NCBI GenBank assembly: GCA_014727915.1
Contig: WJMO01000006.1
Coordinates: 288,001-352,000 of the forward strand
DNA from: Candidatus Altiarchaeales archaeon
Lineage (GTDB): Archaea > Altiarchaeota > Altiarchaeia > IMC4 > SCGC-AAA252-I15
Direction: 5' to 3'
DNA length: 64,000 nucleotides
Below the pieces are notes generated by a model. The model did not search any database. It was not told the DNA's origin and saw only the letters and a program-made list of their open reading frames with translations. Below are positions 39,350 through 49,760 of the stretch, piece by piece (positions within the stretch are counted from its first letter, which is position 1; each line of letters begins with the position of its first letter). Both the position numbers and the translations under genes were made by a program.

Positions 39350-39907
39350 TCACTTCCTCTCCCAGTAGACGCTGACCATGCCCTCAGCCGTGCTCACGAT
39401 CCTCCAGGAGGAGTCAACCAGTTCGGCGGCTACCTTATGGTCCTTCTCAGCCACGCCCTCTACCACATGCAATTCGAAGGGCACGACCTCCACCTCCCCC
39501 GCCTTAAGGTCAACGACAACAGGGTTCTCAGACTCGGACCGGAATCCGTTGGGAAGTTTCAACTCCAAAAGCAGTCTCCTGTCATCAAGAGAGGATAATA
39601 CCACGTTGAAGGAGAATGACGAGCCATCAGCAACGCGTGGATCATACACAAGTTTCATACCATCCGAACCCAGACCCCTGCCGCAATCAAGGCAGTCCCC
39701 AGTCCAACAGCAACCCTCACATGAGTAGCATATGGCAGGCCCGGGACAGCTGCAGTCATCACAGCATGATGAAAGCCCACCTTCAAGCACAGCGTATCCT
39801 GAGGGCATTTCAGAGGATATCAGGGAGTTTTCGAGGGTCAAAGCAGTCAAAGTAAGCAGCCCCAGCACAAAAACCGTGTATTCGAGGGTTTTGATCTCAG
39901 AGTCCAT
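39350..39907 (-). CDS. Membrane-anchored protein with Cys cluster and Ig-like domain
   Basis: N-terminal TM; CCDDCSCPGPAICYSCEGCCW. Confidence 0.6.
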   Translation of the reverse strand: MDSEIKTLEYTVFVLGLLTLTALTLENSLISSEMPSGYAVLEGGLSSCCDDCSCPGPAICYSCEGCCWTGDCLDCGRGLGSDGMKLVYDPRVADGSSFSFNVVLSSLDDRRLLLELKLPNGFRSESENPVVVDLKAGEVEVVPFELHVVEGVAEKDHKVAAELVDSSWRIVSTAEGMVSVYWERK

Positions 39908-39943
39908 TACTATTACGTAATTATTGGCTCTGATAGATTATAT

Positions 39944-41212
39944 ATGTTAAAAATGACATTATCTAACGTGAAACCGGTTGTTCTCTGCGTCGACCGCGAC
40001 GACGACATAGGAAGGAACGTTGGCATCAAGGGCCCCATTGTCGGGAGGGAGAAGAACCTGGAGGTCGCGCGGAAGCTGGCGTTGGTTGACCCGGCCGACA
40101 CGGACGTCAACGCACTGTACGGAGCGTTGAAGCTGGCATACGAGCTGGACACCGAAGTGGTCACGTTGACCGGCGACGAGAAGGTCGGGCTCATATCGGA
40201 CAGGGAGATATCAAAGCAGCTGGAGAAGGTCATCAAAGAACTGAAACCCAATTCGGTAATCTTCGTCTCCGACGGATTGGACGACGAGCAGGTGATGCCC
40301 ATAATACAGTCGAGGGTCAAGATAGACTCTGTGGAGACGATAGTGGTTAGGCAGAGCAAAGAATTGGAGAAGGCCTATTTCAAGCTAACCCACTTCCTCA
40401 AGGAGGTCACGGAAGACCCCAACCTCGCAAGGCTCATATTCGGCATACCAGGCATAGTGCTGCTGCTGCTGGCCGTGTTCGGCACCCAGGCGTTAAGCCT
40501 CACCATAGGCGTCATCGGAGTATACCTGATCATAAAGGGTTTCGGATGGGAGGAGGAGTTCTTCCAGAGAACTTCCGAGTTCTTGAAGTCCCTGTCCGTG
40601 GAAAGGATAAGCACCCTCATATACTTCATAGCGTTCATAACCTTCACCCTCGGATTGAGCTACGCCTACGAGAGCATACAGGTGAACAACCTGAACTTCA
40701 CGGACTTCAACACCGGAATAAACACATTGGCGGCTTTCATACACAGGTCCAACGCATTGAACCTCATAACCGTCACCTTCCTACTGGTCATACTGGCCAG
40801 GATAGTGGACGAATGGGCAGTGAAGAACTTCATACACGTTCGCAGGTACCTCATACTAGCCGCGTTCATAGTATTGATAAACGTGGTCTTGGACGCCGGA
40901 GCCGAGTTCATGATAGTGGAGGAATTCGGATTCGGCAACTTCATATTCAACGGGGTAGTTGGCGTCCTGTCACTGTGGATCTGGACCAAGCTGACAGACT
41001 ACTTCTTCAGCGAGGAGATAGAGATAATGCACAGGATAATGAGGGACCATGAGGGCAAGGAGATAGTGGACTCCGAGGGGAACAGGCTGGGGAGGGCTTC
41101 CAAGGCGGTGATCATTAACCTCGAGCTGAAAGAGCTGCGCTACGGGCGGAAGACCATACCCAAGAAGGACATAGCGTCTGTGGGCGATAAGATAGTGGTA
41201 AAGACCAAGTGA
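39944..41212 (+). CDS. DUF373-family membrane protein
   Basis: LCVDRDDDIG, DP.DTD.N, SDG.DDE, VRQS..LE; PRC-like C-terminus. Confidence 0.9.
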   Translation: MLKMTLSNVKPVVLCVDRDDDIGRNVGIKGPIVGREKNLEVARKLALVDPADTDVNALYGALKLAYELDTEVVTLTGDEKVGLISDREISKQLEKVIKELKPNSVIFVSDGLDDEQVMPIIQSRVKIDSVETIVVRQSKELEKAYFKLTHFLKEVTEDPNLARLIFGIPGIVLLLLAVFGTQALSLTIGVIGVYLIIKGFGWEEEFFQRTSEFLKSLSVERISTLIYFIAFITFTLGLSYAYESIQVNNLNFTDFNTGINTLAAFIHRSNALNLITVTFLLVILARIVDEWAVKNFIHVRRYLILAAFIVLINVVLDAGAEFMIVEEFGFGNFIFNGVVGVLSLWIWTKLTDYFFSEEIEIMHRIMRDHEGKEIVDSEGNRLGRASKAVIINLELKELRYGRKTIPKKDIASVGDKIVVKTK

Positions 41213-41223
41213 CCAGATCCGGA

Positions 41224-41835
41224 CTAGTCGCAGCAGATCTTCTCTAGCTTGTCCACTGACTCCCGGGCGCCCAAGACTATGAGCATGTCACCCTCTTTCA
41301 CAGACGTGTTCTTGCTTGGATTGTATATCCACCTGCCGCTACGCTTTATCGCCCTCACAAAGCATCCGGTCTCGGACAGCAGCCGGTATTCCCCAAGGGT
41401 CTTCCCAGCCAGGTCGGAACTCCCGCTCACTACCAGCTTGACCACCTGCTCCTCGGACTCGTCCAGCATGGTCTGGTATATGGGATGGTCGCCCACACCA
41501 CGCAATACGACGTCAACTATGTCCTCCGCCGCATCGGATACCTTCTCCGCCGCGGACGCCACGTGTATTATCCCGCTCAGGTCAGCCGCGTCCTCGGGGG
41601 TCCTCGCAGCCAGCATTGCCAGTATCTCTATCTCGTATTGGAGGTTGTCCATGAGCTCCTCCAAGTCCTCGACCTCCTCCGCTATCGACTTGCTGTTGGT
41701 CAGCAGTGCGGAATATGCGAGGTCGATCATCAGCTCCGAATTGTCCTTCATCTCAACGAGGATGTCCTTGACGTTCCTCTTTTTCTGTATCGCGTCCTCT
41801 GCAAGCACATCCACTTCCTTGTCTTCTTCAACCAT
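41224..41835 (-). CDS. PhoU-domain/TrkA-C potassium-channel-associated protein
   Basis: EMKD.SELM.DLAYSA plus C-terminal RCK_C domain. Confidence 0.88.
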   Translation of the reverse strand: MVEEDKEVDVLAEDAIQKKRNVKDILVEMKDNSELMIDLAYSALLTNSKSIAEEVEDLEELMDNLQYEIEILAMLAARTPEDAADLSGIIHVASAAEKVSDAAEDIVDVVLRGVGDHPIYQTMLDESEEQVVKLVVSGSSDLAGKTLGEYRLLSETGCFVRAIKRSGRWIYNPSKNTSVKEGDMLIVLGARESVDKLEKICCD

Positions 41836-41883
41836 TTCAGTCAACCCACATAACTTAATTAGCCCATTGTTTTTATTAAACCC

Positions 41884-42447
41884 TCAGGCCACCACCTGTA
41901 TCGCCATATAAAGGCACAATACTGTGATTATGTCCCCGACGGTCGCCAGAGAAGGCGCCAGCACGTTGTCGGGGTCCAATCCCCTAGAGTATGTTATCAA
42001 TGCAAATGAGATCGTGAGACCTGACAGCAGCAGGCCAGCCAATGTGCCTGCGATCAACGCTATCAATGTGAGGTCCGCCATGCTGGCGGGCATCTTGTCC
42101 GCGTTGCCTGTGAACGTGTAAGCGAAATATGCCACCACACCGGAGAAGAAAGCCATTAGAGTGTTCAGTACCAGGGATGCCAGCAGGTTGTCCCCCAACA
42201 CCCTGTTCCATCTGAGCTCCGGCTGTATCAGACCAAGGTGGAGGGCCGACGCCAGGCGGGAGCCGAGAGCACCGCTTATGTTCCCCCTCATGCCCAGCAC
42301 GGCGGGCAAGAGTATCAGAATGCCGGGAATAGCGGCGAGATCCGCCTTCAGACCCTCTAATATGAGGCCTGCGAGGACTCCGCCGAGGGAGCATAGCATG
42401 AAGATGGGGATGCTCTGCTTGAGTATGCTCTTAACCAGGGAAGGCAT
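41884..42447 (-). CDS. MgtE-family divalent cation transporter
   Basis: RGNI.G..GSRL.SALHLG, GLDPDN. Confidence 0.9.
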   Translation of the reverse strand: MPSLVKSILKQSIPIFMLCSLGGVLAGLILEGLKADLAAIPGILILLPAVLGMRGNISGALGSRLASALHLGLIQPELRWNRVLGDNLLASLVLNTLMAFFSGVVAYFAYTFTGNADKMPASMADLTLIALIAGTLAGLLLSGLTISFALITYSRGLDPDNVLAPSLATVGDIITVLCLYMAIQVVA

Positions 42448-42478
42448 AATGAATTATTTAACATATATTATAAGAAAA

Positions 42479-42904
42479 ATGATTTCGCGCAGGGTTGACG
42501 TGGAGGAAGCCTACGTAGGAAGGTTCGACCACGACAGTGAAGGAGTCCAGGAGCTGAAGGACCTTGTGTCCAAGCTCGGGGTGAAGTCTGGTGTGTTCAC
42601 CGTGATAGGGTCTGTAATGTCAGCGACACTGGCATACTACGACCAGGAGAGTAGAGAGTATGTCGAGTATGAGGTCGACCGGCCGATGGAGATAGCCAAC
42701 TGCAGTGGGAACGTGAGCGTGAGTGAGGGTATGCCGCACATTCACGCTCACATCTGCCTGTCCGACCGGGAGGGAAACACCGTCTCCGGGCACCTGGTAG
42801 ACATGAGGGTTTTTGCAGCGGAGCTTTATCTGAGGAAGTTCAGGAGCAAGGTGGACAGAGTCCACGATGAGACGACAGGCCTCCAGCTAATGGACCTTCG
42901 TTAG
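42479..42904 (+). CDS. PPC/DUF296-domain protein
   Basis: IGSV, GNVS, HIHAH, SGHL. Confidence 0.88.
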   Translation: MISRRVDVEEAYVGRFDHDSEGVQELKDLVSKLGVKSGVFTVIGSVMSATLAYYDQESREYVEYEVDRPMEIANCSGNVSVSEGMPHIHAHICLSDREGNTVSGHLVDMRVFAAELYLRKFRSKVDRVHDETTGLQLMDLR

Positions 42905-43786
42905 GGCGTTGAAGACCAGCTCGAGCAGGTTCCCGACATATAACGTCAAAGCCAGGGCTATGAAAAGTATGGGGACGAACTTCACGCCCCATTTTATCTT
43001 GAGGGTAGGGGGTATCTTGCCCGCCTCCGAAAGCTCCAGGAGAGTCTGACGCTGGTCAGGGGTTATGCCCTCTATGTCCCTCTTGGAGGCTATCTTCTCG
43101 CCGTCGACTATGACGTCATCGGCCATTATGTCCCAGTCCCTGAGCTCTGATACCTCCACCGTCCTTGTGAGTATATCGTCCTCGACCGTCTTGAGATATA
43201 TGGATGCTATCAGCAGCAGGGGGACCAGGGAGTATACCATCGCCAACGTCATGAAATCGAAGTGTAGGGCTAGAAAAAGCGGCATGAGGGTGAGTGAGAG
43301 GGCAAGCATTGACTTTCGGCTTCCCAGGTTGTCCAGGTATCTCCTGAACACTGCGGGGTGCATGAGGCCCAATGCTATCGTGTAGACTATGACATATGGT
43401 GTCGAGGCGAAGGCAACGTCTATGAAGTATGTTAGTAGCGGCGGTATCTTGTAGCCTATGAATGTGTTGTTGGGCCAGCTGTAGCCGTTTGATTCCAGGT
43501 ATCCTATCAGGCAGCCTACCCCCGCCATTATCTTGACGTCCCCGCCACCCCATTGGCCGTAGTAGAAGAGCGCATAGCTTATTGCGAAGGCTATCAGACC
43601 CCATAGCAGGGACTGGGTGACGGGTTGGGCGTCCCAGGAGGCCAAGGACTGCGCGGAGGCAACCAGCACTGTGAATGCTATCAAACCGAAGCTCAGCTTC
43701 TCGGGTATCTCGCCCGTCTTCAGGTCGGCTATGCTCGCGAGCAGTAGGAAGCCCAGTGCGGCCGCGATGGCGATTGCCGTCAGCAT
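42887..43786 (-). CDS. A24-family prepilin peptidase (EppA/PibD-like)
   Basis: S..DLK.GEIP, WGGGDVK, FVPIL; polytopic. Confidence 0.9.
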   Translation of the reverse strand: MLTAIAIAAALGFLLLASIADLKTGEIPEKLSFGLIAFTVLVASAQSLASWDAQPVTQSLLWGLIAFAISYALFYYGQWGGGDVKIMAGVGCLIGYLESNGYSWPNNTFIGYKIPPLLTYFIDVAFASTPYVIVYTIALGLMHPAVFRRYLDNLGSRKSMLALSLTLMPLFLALHFDFMTLAMVYSLVPLLLIASIYLKTVEDDILTRTVEVSELRDWDIMADDVIVDGEKIASKRDIEGITPDQRQTLLELSEAGKIPPTLKIKWGVKFVPILFIALALTLYVGNLLELVFNALTKVH

Positions 43787-43936
43787 CTCCCTATAGTATT
43801 CTTCCGCGTTGAATATAAGCCGAAAAACAGGCCATAGAATATAAAGAATATTTTATAAAATATTTTGAATAAAATAGTAATTATTTTAAATAATTCTTTT
43901 GGAGGGTTTTTATACGTGGTCTACCTATCATGTTCC

Positions 43937-44425
43937 ATGAGATATGCACCAGCCCTGGCAGTGCTCTTGCTGGCATCAACGGCAGCGGCAGGACCTCAAA
44001 CCGGCATCTGCTTCCTGGACGCCATACTGAACGGATTGGACATGGTAGCGGAAAAGTTCACAGGGATCATCAACCCCACCACAACGACGACCACAACGAC
44101 GACCACGACCACAACAACAGGCACAACATTGGAGACCACGACAACGACACTGTATGTTCCTGTGACTTCCACCACAACGACGACTGACACAACTACAACA
44201 ACCACGCTGTTCACCGGGGAGTGCTGGAAGAAGGAGGACTGCCCTGAAGACAGGGTGAAGTACACGTGCAGCTTCGACGGTGACGTGGAACGCGTGACAA
44301 CCACCTTCTTCTGCGCAAACCCCGGGCCCGAGTCGGAGTGCAAGAGCAGGCAGACCAGGAGGGTGCACGACAACTGCGGGGTTAACGAGAGATGCGTTGA
44401 GGGACAGGAGAACTGCGTGGAATAG
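43937..44425 (+). CDS. Small secreted Thr-rich/Cys-rich protein
   Basis: Signal peptide, long poly-Thr tract, C-terminal Cys domain. Confidence 0.7.
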   Translation: MRYAPALAVLLLASTAAAGPQTGICFLDAILNGLDMVAEKFTGIINPTTTTTTTTTTTTTTGTTLETTTTTLYVPVTSTTTTTDTTTTTTLFTGECWKKEDCPEDRVKYTCSFDGDVERVTTTFFCANPGPESECKSRQTRRVHDNCGVNERCVEGQENCVE

Positions 44426-44468
44426 CCAAAACCCACTTATTATCATATAATCGAATAAGTCAAATGCT

Positions 44469-44951
44469 ATGAAGCCAACAAAAGGGATTAGAAATGTAAA
44501 AGGCCAGACATCCGTGGAATACCTCGTCCTATTGGCCATAGCCATCGTGATAGTCGTTGTCGCCGTGGGCGTTCTCGCAGGCTTCATAAAGATCGGCACC
44601 GGGACGACTTACAAGAAGAAGGGGAACATCTACTGGAAGAGCGCGGACTTCGGGATCGCAGACTGGGAGATATACCCCGAGGGCGCCAATTCAACGCTCA
44701 TACTCCAGAACAACAAGGAATACCAGGTGAGGCTGGACTGGGTATCCCTAGACGGGGGGACCACCCAGATAAACATCGACAACGTACTACTGCCGGGAGA
44801 GACCTACCGCCTGGAGACCCAAGCCATAAACTGCAGTGGGAGCTCGGCATATTCGTTCGAGCTGACATTCCAATATGACAACCTGGAGCACGGAGTATAC
44901 GACAAGACCTTCTCAGGCATCGAGAAGCTGACTGGAAGCTGCCATTCATAA
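44469..44951 (+). CDS. Archaeal type IV pilin (class III signal peptide)
   Basis: KG/QTSVEYLVLLAIAIVIVVVA. Confidence 0.88.
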   Translation: MKPTKGIRNVKGQTSVEYLVLLAIAIVIVVVAVGVLAGFIKIGTGTTYKKKGNIYWKSADFGIADWEIYPEGANSTLILQNNKEYQVRLDWVSLDGGTTQINIDNVLLPGETYRLETQAINCSGSSAYSFELTFQYDNLEHGVYDKTFSGIEKLTGSCHS

Positions 44952-45030
44952 AAAAAATAGAAGAGAGCGTGATGAGGGCCATCAGGCCCTGCACCACGGT
45001 GGTAGCACGTGTAAAACCCTGTTTTGGGCC

Positions 45031-46677
45031 TTACATCATCCCGCCCATGTCGCCCATGCCGCCGGGTGGCATGCCTGGTGGCATGCCGCCTCCGCCGCCT
45101 GACTTCTTGGACGCTATCACGTCGTCGATGCGCAGTATCAGCTCTGCGGCTTCGCTGGCGCTCTTGATGGCCTGGGTCTTTATCTTCAGGGGCTCCACTA
45201 TACCCTTAGACCAGAGGTTCTCTATCTTGGCCTTGTCCACGTGGACTCCTATCTCAGCGCCGTCCTTGGCCTCGTGCTTGGCTCTTAGCTTCACCAGCGT
45301 GTCGATGGCGTCCATGCCTGCGGACTCCGCTAGGGTCCTGGGTATTATCTCCATCGCGTCCGCGAAAGCGTTGACTGCTAGTTGCTCGCGTCCGCCGACT
45401 GTGTCTGCGTACTTGCGCAGCTTCTGGGAGACCTCCACTTCAGGCGCTCCCCCGCCTGCAACGATAGCGCCCACCTCAACCGCTGCGGCGACGCCTCCGA
45501 GTGCGTCATGGACCGCGCGCTCGACCTCATCGACTACGTGCTCCGTGCCGCCGCGGATTATGAAGCTGACAGCCTTCGGGTTCTTGCACCCCCTCACGAA
45601 GACCATCTCATCGCCTGATATCTTGACCTCTTCCACCAGCTTAGCGGATCCCAGGTCGGATTTGGTTAGGTCCTTGATGCTCGTCAGGAGCCTCGCGCCG
45701 GTCGCCTTGGCAAGCTTGTCCATATCGGACTTCTTGACCCTGCGCACCGCGAATATACCGGCCTTGCTCAGGAAGTGCTGGGCCAGGTCGTCGATGCCCT
45801 TCTGGCAGAACAGAACGTTAGCGCCGCTGTTGGCCACTTCGTCGACCATGGTCTTGAGCATGTTCTCCTCCTGCTGCACGAACGCCTGCAGCTGCTCGGG
45901 GCTTGTTATGCTGATCTCGGCGTCGGTTTCCGTCTCCTTGATCTCTATCGCCACGTCCAACAGCGCTATCTTGGCGCCTTCTATCTTCCGCGGCATTCCG
46001 CTGTGGACGCGCTCCTTGTCTATTATTATCCCGTCTATCAGCTCGGAGTCGACCGTCGACCCGCCCTGTTTCTTCTCTACCTTTATGTTGTCCAGGTCGA
46101 CCGTCGTCTTCCCGTTCTCATCCTCCGCCACGCGAGACACCGCCTTGACGGATAGCTTGGCCAGCATCTCCTTGCTCGCTTCCGCGCCCTTACCGGTCAT
46201 CGCGGTTATCGCGATCTCCTCCAGGAGCTTCGTGTCCTTCAAGGTCACTTTCTTGCTGATGGTGTTCAGGTACTCGTGTGCCTTGTTGGCTGCCATCCTG
46301 TAACCGCGGGAGATTATGGTCGGGTGTATGCCCTGGTCGAGCAGGCTCTCCGCCTTCGCGAGGAATTCGCCCGTCAGCACGACGGCCGTCGTTGTTCCGT
46401 CGCCGACCTCGTCGTCCTGTGTCTTCGCTACCTCTATCACCATCTTAGCGGCCGGGTGTTCGACGTTCATCTCCTCGACGATCGTCGCGCCGTCGTTTGT
46501 TATGACGATGTCGCCTAGGTCGTCTACTAGCATCTTGTCCATGCCCCTCGGTCCGAGGGTGCTTCTCACCGCTTCAGCCACCGCCTTGGCAGCTAAGATG
46601 TTGTTCCTCTGGGCGTCCCGCCCAGTCGTCCTCAATGCCCCTTCAGGCAAAATTATCACTTGCTGTCCTTGTGCCAT
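45031..46677 (-). CDS. thsA: Thermosome (group II chaperonin) subunit
   Basis: [26 protein letters not shown]-repeat tail. Confidence 0.97.
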   Translation of the reverse strand: MAQGQQVIILPEGALRTTGRDAQRNNILAAKAVAEAVRSTLGPRGMDKMLVDDLGDIVITNDGATIVEEMNVEHPAAKMVIEVAKTQDDEVGDGTTTAVVLTGEFLAKAESLLDQGIHPTIISRGYRMAANKAHEYLNTISKKVTLKDTKLLEEIAITAMTGKGAEASKEMLAKLSVKAVSRVAEDENGKTTVDLDNIKVEKKQGGSTVDSELIDGIIIDKERVHSGMPRKIEGAKIALLDVAIEIKETETDAEISITSPEQLQAFVQQEENMLKTMVDEVANSGANVLFCQKGIDDLAQHFLSKAGIFAVRRVKKSDMDKLAKATGARLLTSIKDLTKSDLGSAKLVEEVKISGDEMVFVRGCKNPKAVSFIIRGGTEHVVDEVERAVHDALGGVAAAVEVGAIVAGGGAPEVEVSQKLRKYADTVGGREQLAVNAFADAMEIIPRTLAESAGMDAIDTLVKLRAKHEAKDGAEIGVHVDKAKIENLWSKGIVEPLKIKTQAIKSASEAAELILRIDDVIASKKSGGGGGMPPGMPPGGMGDMGGMM

Positions 46678-46827
46678 TTTCCTAATCACCTGTTTTTTTA
46701 ACTTCAGGAAAAAAATTCTGGAGTATGTTATAGGTTTGGTTGTATATAAAAATGTGAGGTAAGATGGGTTTAGATGTATATTTACGAACATTGTCCAAAG
46801 AGGGTTTTTGGGGTGTTTTTGGTGTTT

Positions 46828-48345
46828 TCAGGTGGTAGGAGACGTGTAGGAGCTCAAATCCACGAGGTAGAACTCCCCATATGAGGTTACATTGGTGAAC
46901 CCAAAACCCAGGTTGTCACCCCACTGCGTGTACACGTTATCGACTGCGTAGCCGTGATAGTTGGAAGGCTTCAGGATGAACGACAAAAATCCTGCGGACA
47001 TTCCATAGTAGTCCCTCATCAGAGGCGTGAAACCGTCAAGCCGCAGGTTCTCGGACTCCGACCGCTGGATTAGCAGGTAGGAGCCGCCGCCGGAATCGGA
47101 TATCTTCCGGAGGTCATCCGTAACCGCCAGGCGGGCGTCTGGTAGATAAAAGCCCAATATCTCCCCGTAGCTTCCGAACGTGTAATCTGACATGTAGACG
47201 GTGGTTTTCCCGTCTCCGACCAGCCTGGGCAGAGTGCTCAACCCGTTGAACCCGTACTTTGAAGCAGCCAACAACAGCATGGAATTCAACAGCATTGTGG
47301 CAAGCAACAGATGGGGAACCCACTTCCACCTCTTCGGGATTTTCACCAAAGTCTTCGATGACAGCACCGCCGCAGGGTATACCATGGGCAGCAGGTAGTA
47401 GCTGTGGTAGTTGTACTTGAGGAATAAGAGCAGGAATACGGCCAGCATGGACAGCAGCAGAAGCTCCTGCTTCGACCTCTTCGAGCGGAGCCCATAAGCG
47501 GAGTATGCAGACAGTATGAACAGGGCGGGCGAGAACCCCCAGAAAAGTTCCCTGAGACAGTGCAGCAAAGCAGGTAACCCCCCTATGGACCGGCTGCCCT
47601 CCGCGAGATAGGATGATCCGGTGATGAACGCCCCGGAGTTGAGCACAAGACCATATGCTATGAAGGGCGCTATGATGACAGCGGATATCAGAAGCCCGGT
47701 TAGGTGAGGTCTGCCCACCCACTTGAAACCCTTGGACAGGTAGGTCTCAGTCAGTGCAGCGGACACCAGGAATAAAACGGTTATCTGCTTTATCCAGAAC
47801 CCAACACCAACGAAAAAGCAGGCAAGATACAGGTAACGGCGGTCCTTACGCTTCCACCATCTTAGATAGGACGCCAATGATGCCAGCAGGAAGCATGAGA
47901 CAGCCATGTCGGTCTGTATGTTCCTACCTACGAGAACATGGGCCGGGGCGAACGCAGCCAACGCGGACGCGAGCAAAGCCTCCCTCCTACCGTATATGAG
48001 GTCGGCGACTGTGAAGGTGAGCGTGAGCGCGGCAAGGGAGAACAGTATCGACAGGAGCCTACCATAGAGGACGTTAACGCCGAACACGAGGTAGACGGAG
48101 GCGAGCAGGTAGTCGTAGAGTGGGGGCGGGCTTGTGAAGAGATTGCCGGCCGCATTCGAAGGATACTTGAACGGGTGTTCCAAGACGCTGGAGGCCTTGT
48201 TGGAGTAGTAGGCCTCATTCCAGCCGTGGTATCCTCCGATACCCTCCCAGGCCCTGTTAACGCCAACCAGTAAAGAGATCGCCAGGACGACTATGAGCCA
48301 AAATAAGGTCTTATCACCTGCTGATTTCTTCCTCTTGGCCATCAT
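46828..48345 (-). CDS. ArnT/PMT-like (GT39/GT83) membrane glycosyltransferase
   Basis: NEAYY, PPLY, GRLLS, polytopic. Confidence 0.8.
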   Translation of the reverse strand: MMAKRKKSAGDKTLFWLIVVLAISLLVGVNRAWEGIGGYHGWNEAYYSNKASSVLEHPFKYPSNAAGNLFTSPPPLYDYLLASVYLVFGVNVLYGRLLSILFSLAALTLTFTVADLIYGRREALLASALAAFAPAHVLVGRNIQTDMAVSCFLLASLASYLRWWKRKDRRYLYLACFFVGVGFWIKQITVLFLVSAALTETYLSKGFKWVGRPHLTGLLISAVIIAPFIAYGLVLNSGAFITGSSYLAEGSRSIGGLPALLHCLRELFWGFSPALFILSAYSAYGLRSKRSKQELLLLSMLAVFLLLFLKYNYHSYYLLPMVYPAAVLSSKTLVKIPKRWKWVPHLLLATMLLNSMLLLAASKYGFNGLSTLPRLVGDGKTTVYMSDYTFGSYGEILGFYLPDARLAVTDDLRKISDSGGGSYLLIQRSESENLRLDGFTPLMRDYYGMSAGFLSFILKPSNYHGYAVDNVYTQWGDNLGFGFTNVTSYGEFYLVDLSSYTSPTT

Positions 48346-48372
48346 GGGATGAGAAGCGGTAGGTGCGGAAGA

Positions 48373-48840
48373 TCAGTGGATCTTCACCCTCCTGCCTGCG
48401 GGGCCCTCTTCGACACGAGCCAGACTAACCTCCAGGACTCCGTTGTTGTAGTTGGCCGACGCCGACTCAGGCCGGACCCTGCAGGATAGCTTGACATCCT
48501 TGCCGTATTTCCTCAGTGGCGTGTCCACGCTTATGTAGACGCTCTCGACGCTGGCACGCAGGTCTATGTCCTCCTTCCTGACCCCGGGCAGCTCGAACAC
48601 GACAGACACCGAATCATACTTTTCGATCACGTCGGTTATGGGCTCCATGAAACCGCAGACCCCATGGGGTGACGTGTTGCCGAACTCGTCAACCACCGGA
48701 TGCCCCCTCTGGTCGAAACGCATGGTGAACCCGTAAACGAACGGACCCCCATATGATGGCAGCGAGGACAGCATCCTAGCCTCCTCGAACATCTGCTTTA
48801 TCCTCTGATGCAACCCCAGATACGAAACCCCCTCGTCCAT
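48373..48840 (-). CDS. hsp20: Archaeal small heat-shock protein Hsp20
   Basis: GPFVYGF, EP.TDV, ELPGV.KEDI, A.YNNGVLEV. Confidence 0.92.
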   Translation of the reverse strand: MDEGVSYLGLHQRIKQMFEEARMLSSLPSYGGPFVYGFTMRFDQRGHPVVDEFGNTSPHGVCGFMEPITDVIEKYDSVSVVFELPGVRKEDIDLRASVESVYISVDTPLRKYGKDVKLSCRVRPESASANYNNGVLEVSLARVEEGPAGRRVKIH

Positions 48841-48853
48841 TGCAGAGTGAATA

Positions 48854-49759
48854 TTAGTTAGACAACAATTTAAAAAGCTCCTCGGCGGAGTCAATCTCCG
48901 CCAGCTCGCCCGGAGAAAGCACCGACATCTCCCCTTTAAGCCTTCTCTCGCTTATGCAGACGGAGTAACCGCCGACTATGTCCGATATCTCGTCCAGGAC
49001 GGACAACTTGTCCTTTATCCTGCGCCAGTCGTTGCTGACCACGCTGAAGACCCGCTGGTCACTGCGGGCGACGATGTCGAAGGGGGCGTTGGTCAACTGG
49101 GTGTTGAACCCCATGTTCTCGAACTCATTGAATACGATCCGCTTCAAAGAGGTGATCTTGCCCTGGGAATCATCCCGTAGCTTGGACTTCTCATAGGTCA
49201 GTTTGAAGTCGGCACCGCGGATGTCGTCTCCAAGCATGTCAACAAGCTTGTCGAATATCTCCAGGCTCACCCTGCCCGACCGCTCATAGCGGTAGACGGA
49301 CTGCTTTGATACTCCAAGCTCCCTCGCGAACGAGTCCTGGGTGTATCCCATCATCTTCCGGAGGTCTGAAAGGTTTTCCCTGTCGACCCTAACGCAGTAG
49401 TTCCCACGCGTCGAATAAGCCCGGGGAGGTATGTTGCCTATTATCTCCTTCAGAGTGTTCAAGGTGGATACGAAGACCCCGTATCGGTCGTATACCACGC
49501 CGTCGTTCAGCAGAGAGGACTTCATCCTCTCGGAAACGACTATGGGCACGGCCTCAAGGAGCTCCGAAACCCTCTTAAGCTCCGAAACCGAGGGTCGGCT
49601 AAGGCCCTCAACGTTTGAGAGGACCTTGACCAGCAGGAGCATGTCCTTCCTCTTGGCTAGGACGTCGAAGCTGCTGCGGGATCCCCTGCAGTCGACTACT
49701 TCAAAACCCGAATTCGACAGGTTAGCCAGAACGGCATCAACAAGGCTGGACTTGTACAT
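48854..49759 (-). CDS. Archaeal Cro/C1-type HTH transcriptional regulator (COG1395-like)
   Basis: SFDV.A, VKVL.NV, HTH A.ELGVSK.SVYRYE, APFD. Confidence 0.88.
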   Translation of the reverse strand: MYKSSLVDAVLANLSNSGFEVVDCRGSRSSFDVLAKRKDMLLLVKVLSNVEGLSRPSVSELKRVSELLEAVPIVVSERMKSSLLNDGVVYDRYGVFVSTLNTLKEIIGNIPPRAYSTRGNYCVRVDRENLSDLRKMMGYTQDSFARELGVSKQSVYRYERSGRVSLEIFDKLVDMLGDDIRGADFKLTYEKSKLRDDSQGKITSLKRIVFNEFENMGFNTQLTNAPFDIVARSDQRVFSVVSNDWRRIKDKLSVLDEISDIVGGYSVCISERRLKGEMSVLSPGELAEIDSAEELFKLLSN

Positions 49760-49760
49760 T

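Noticed and set aside
44078-44205. ACN triplet run as a microsatellite
   Set aside because: Mixed codons encoding a poly-Thr linker
44969-46303. Long antisense ORF over the thermosome (similar shadows over argB, the phosphodiesterase and the giant gene)
   Set aside because: Expected shadow frames from GC-biased codon usage; no protein motifs
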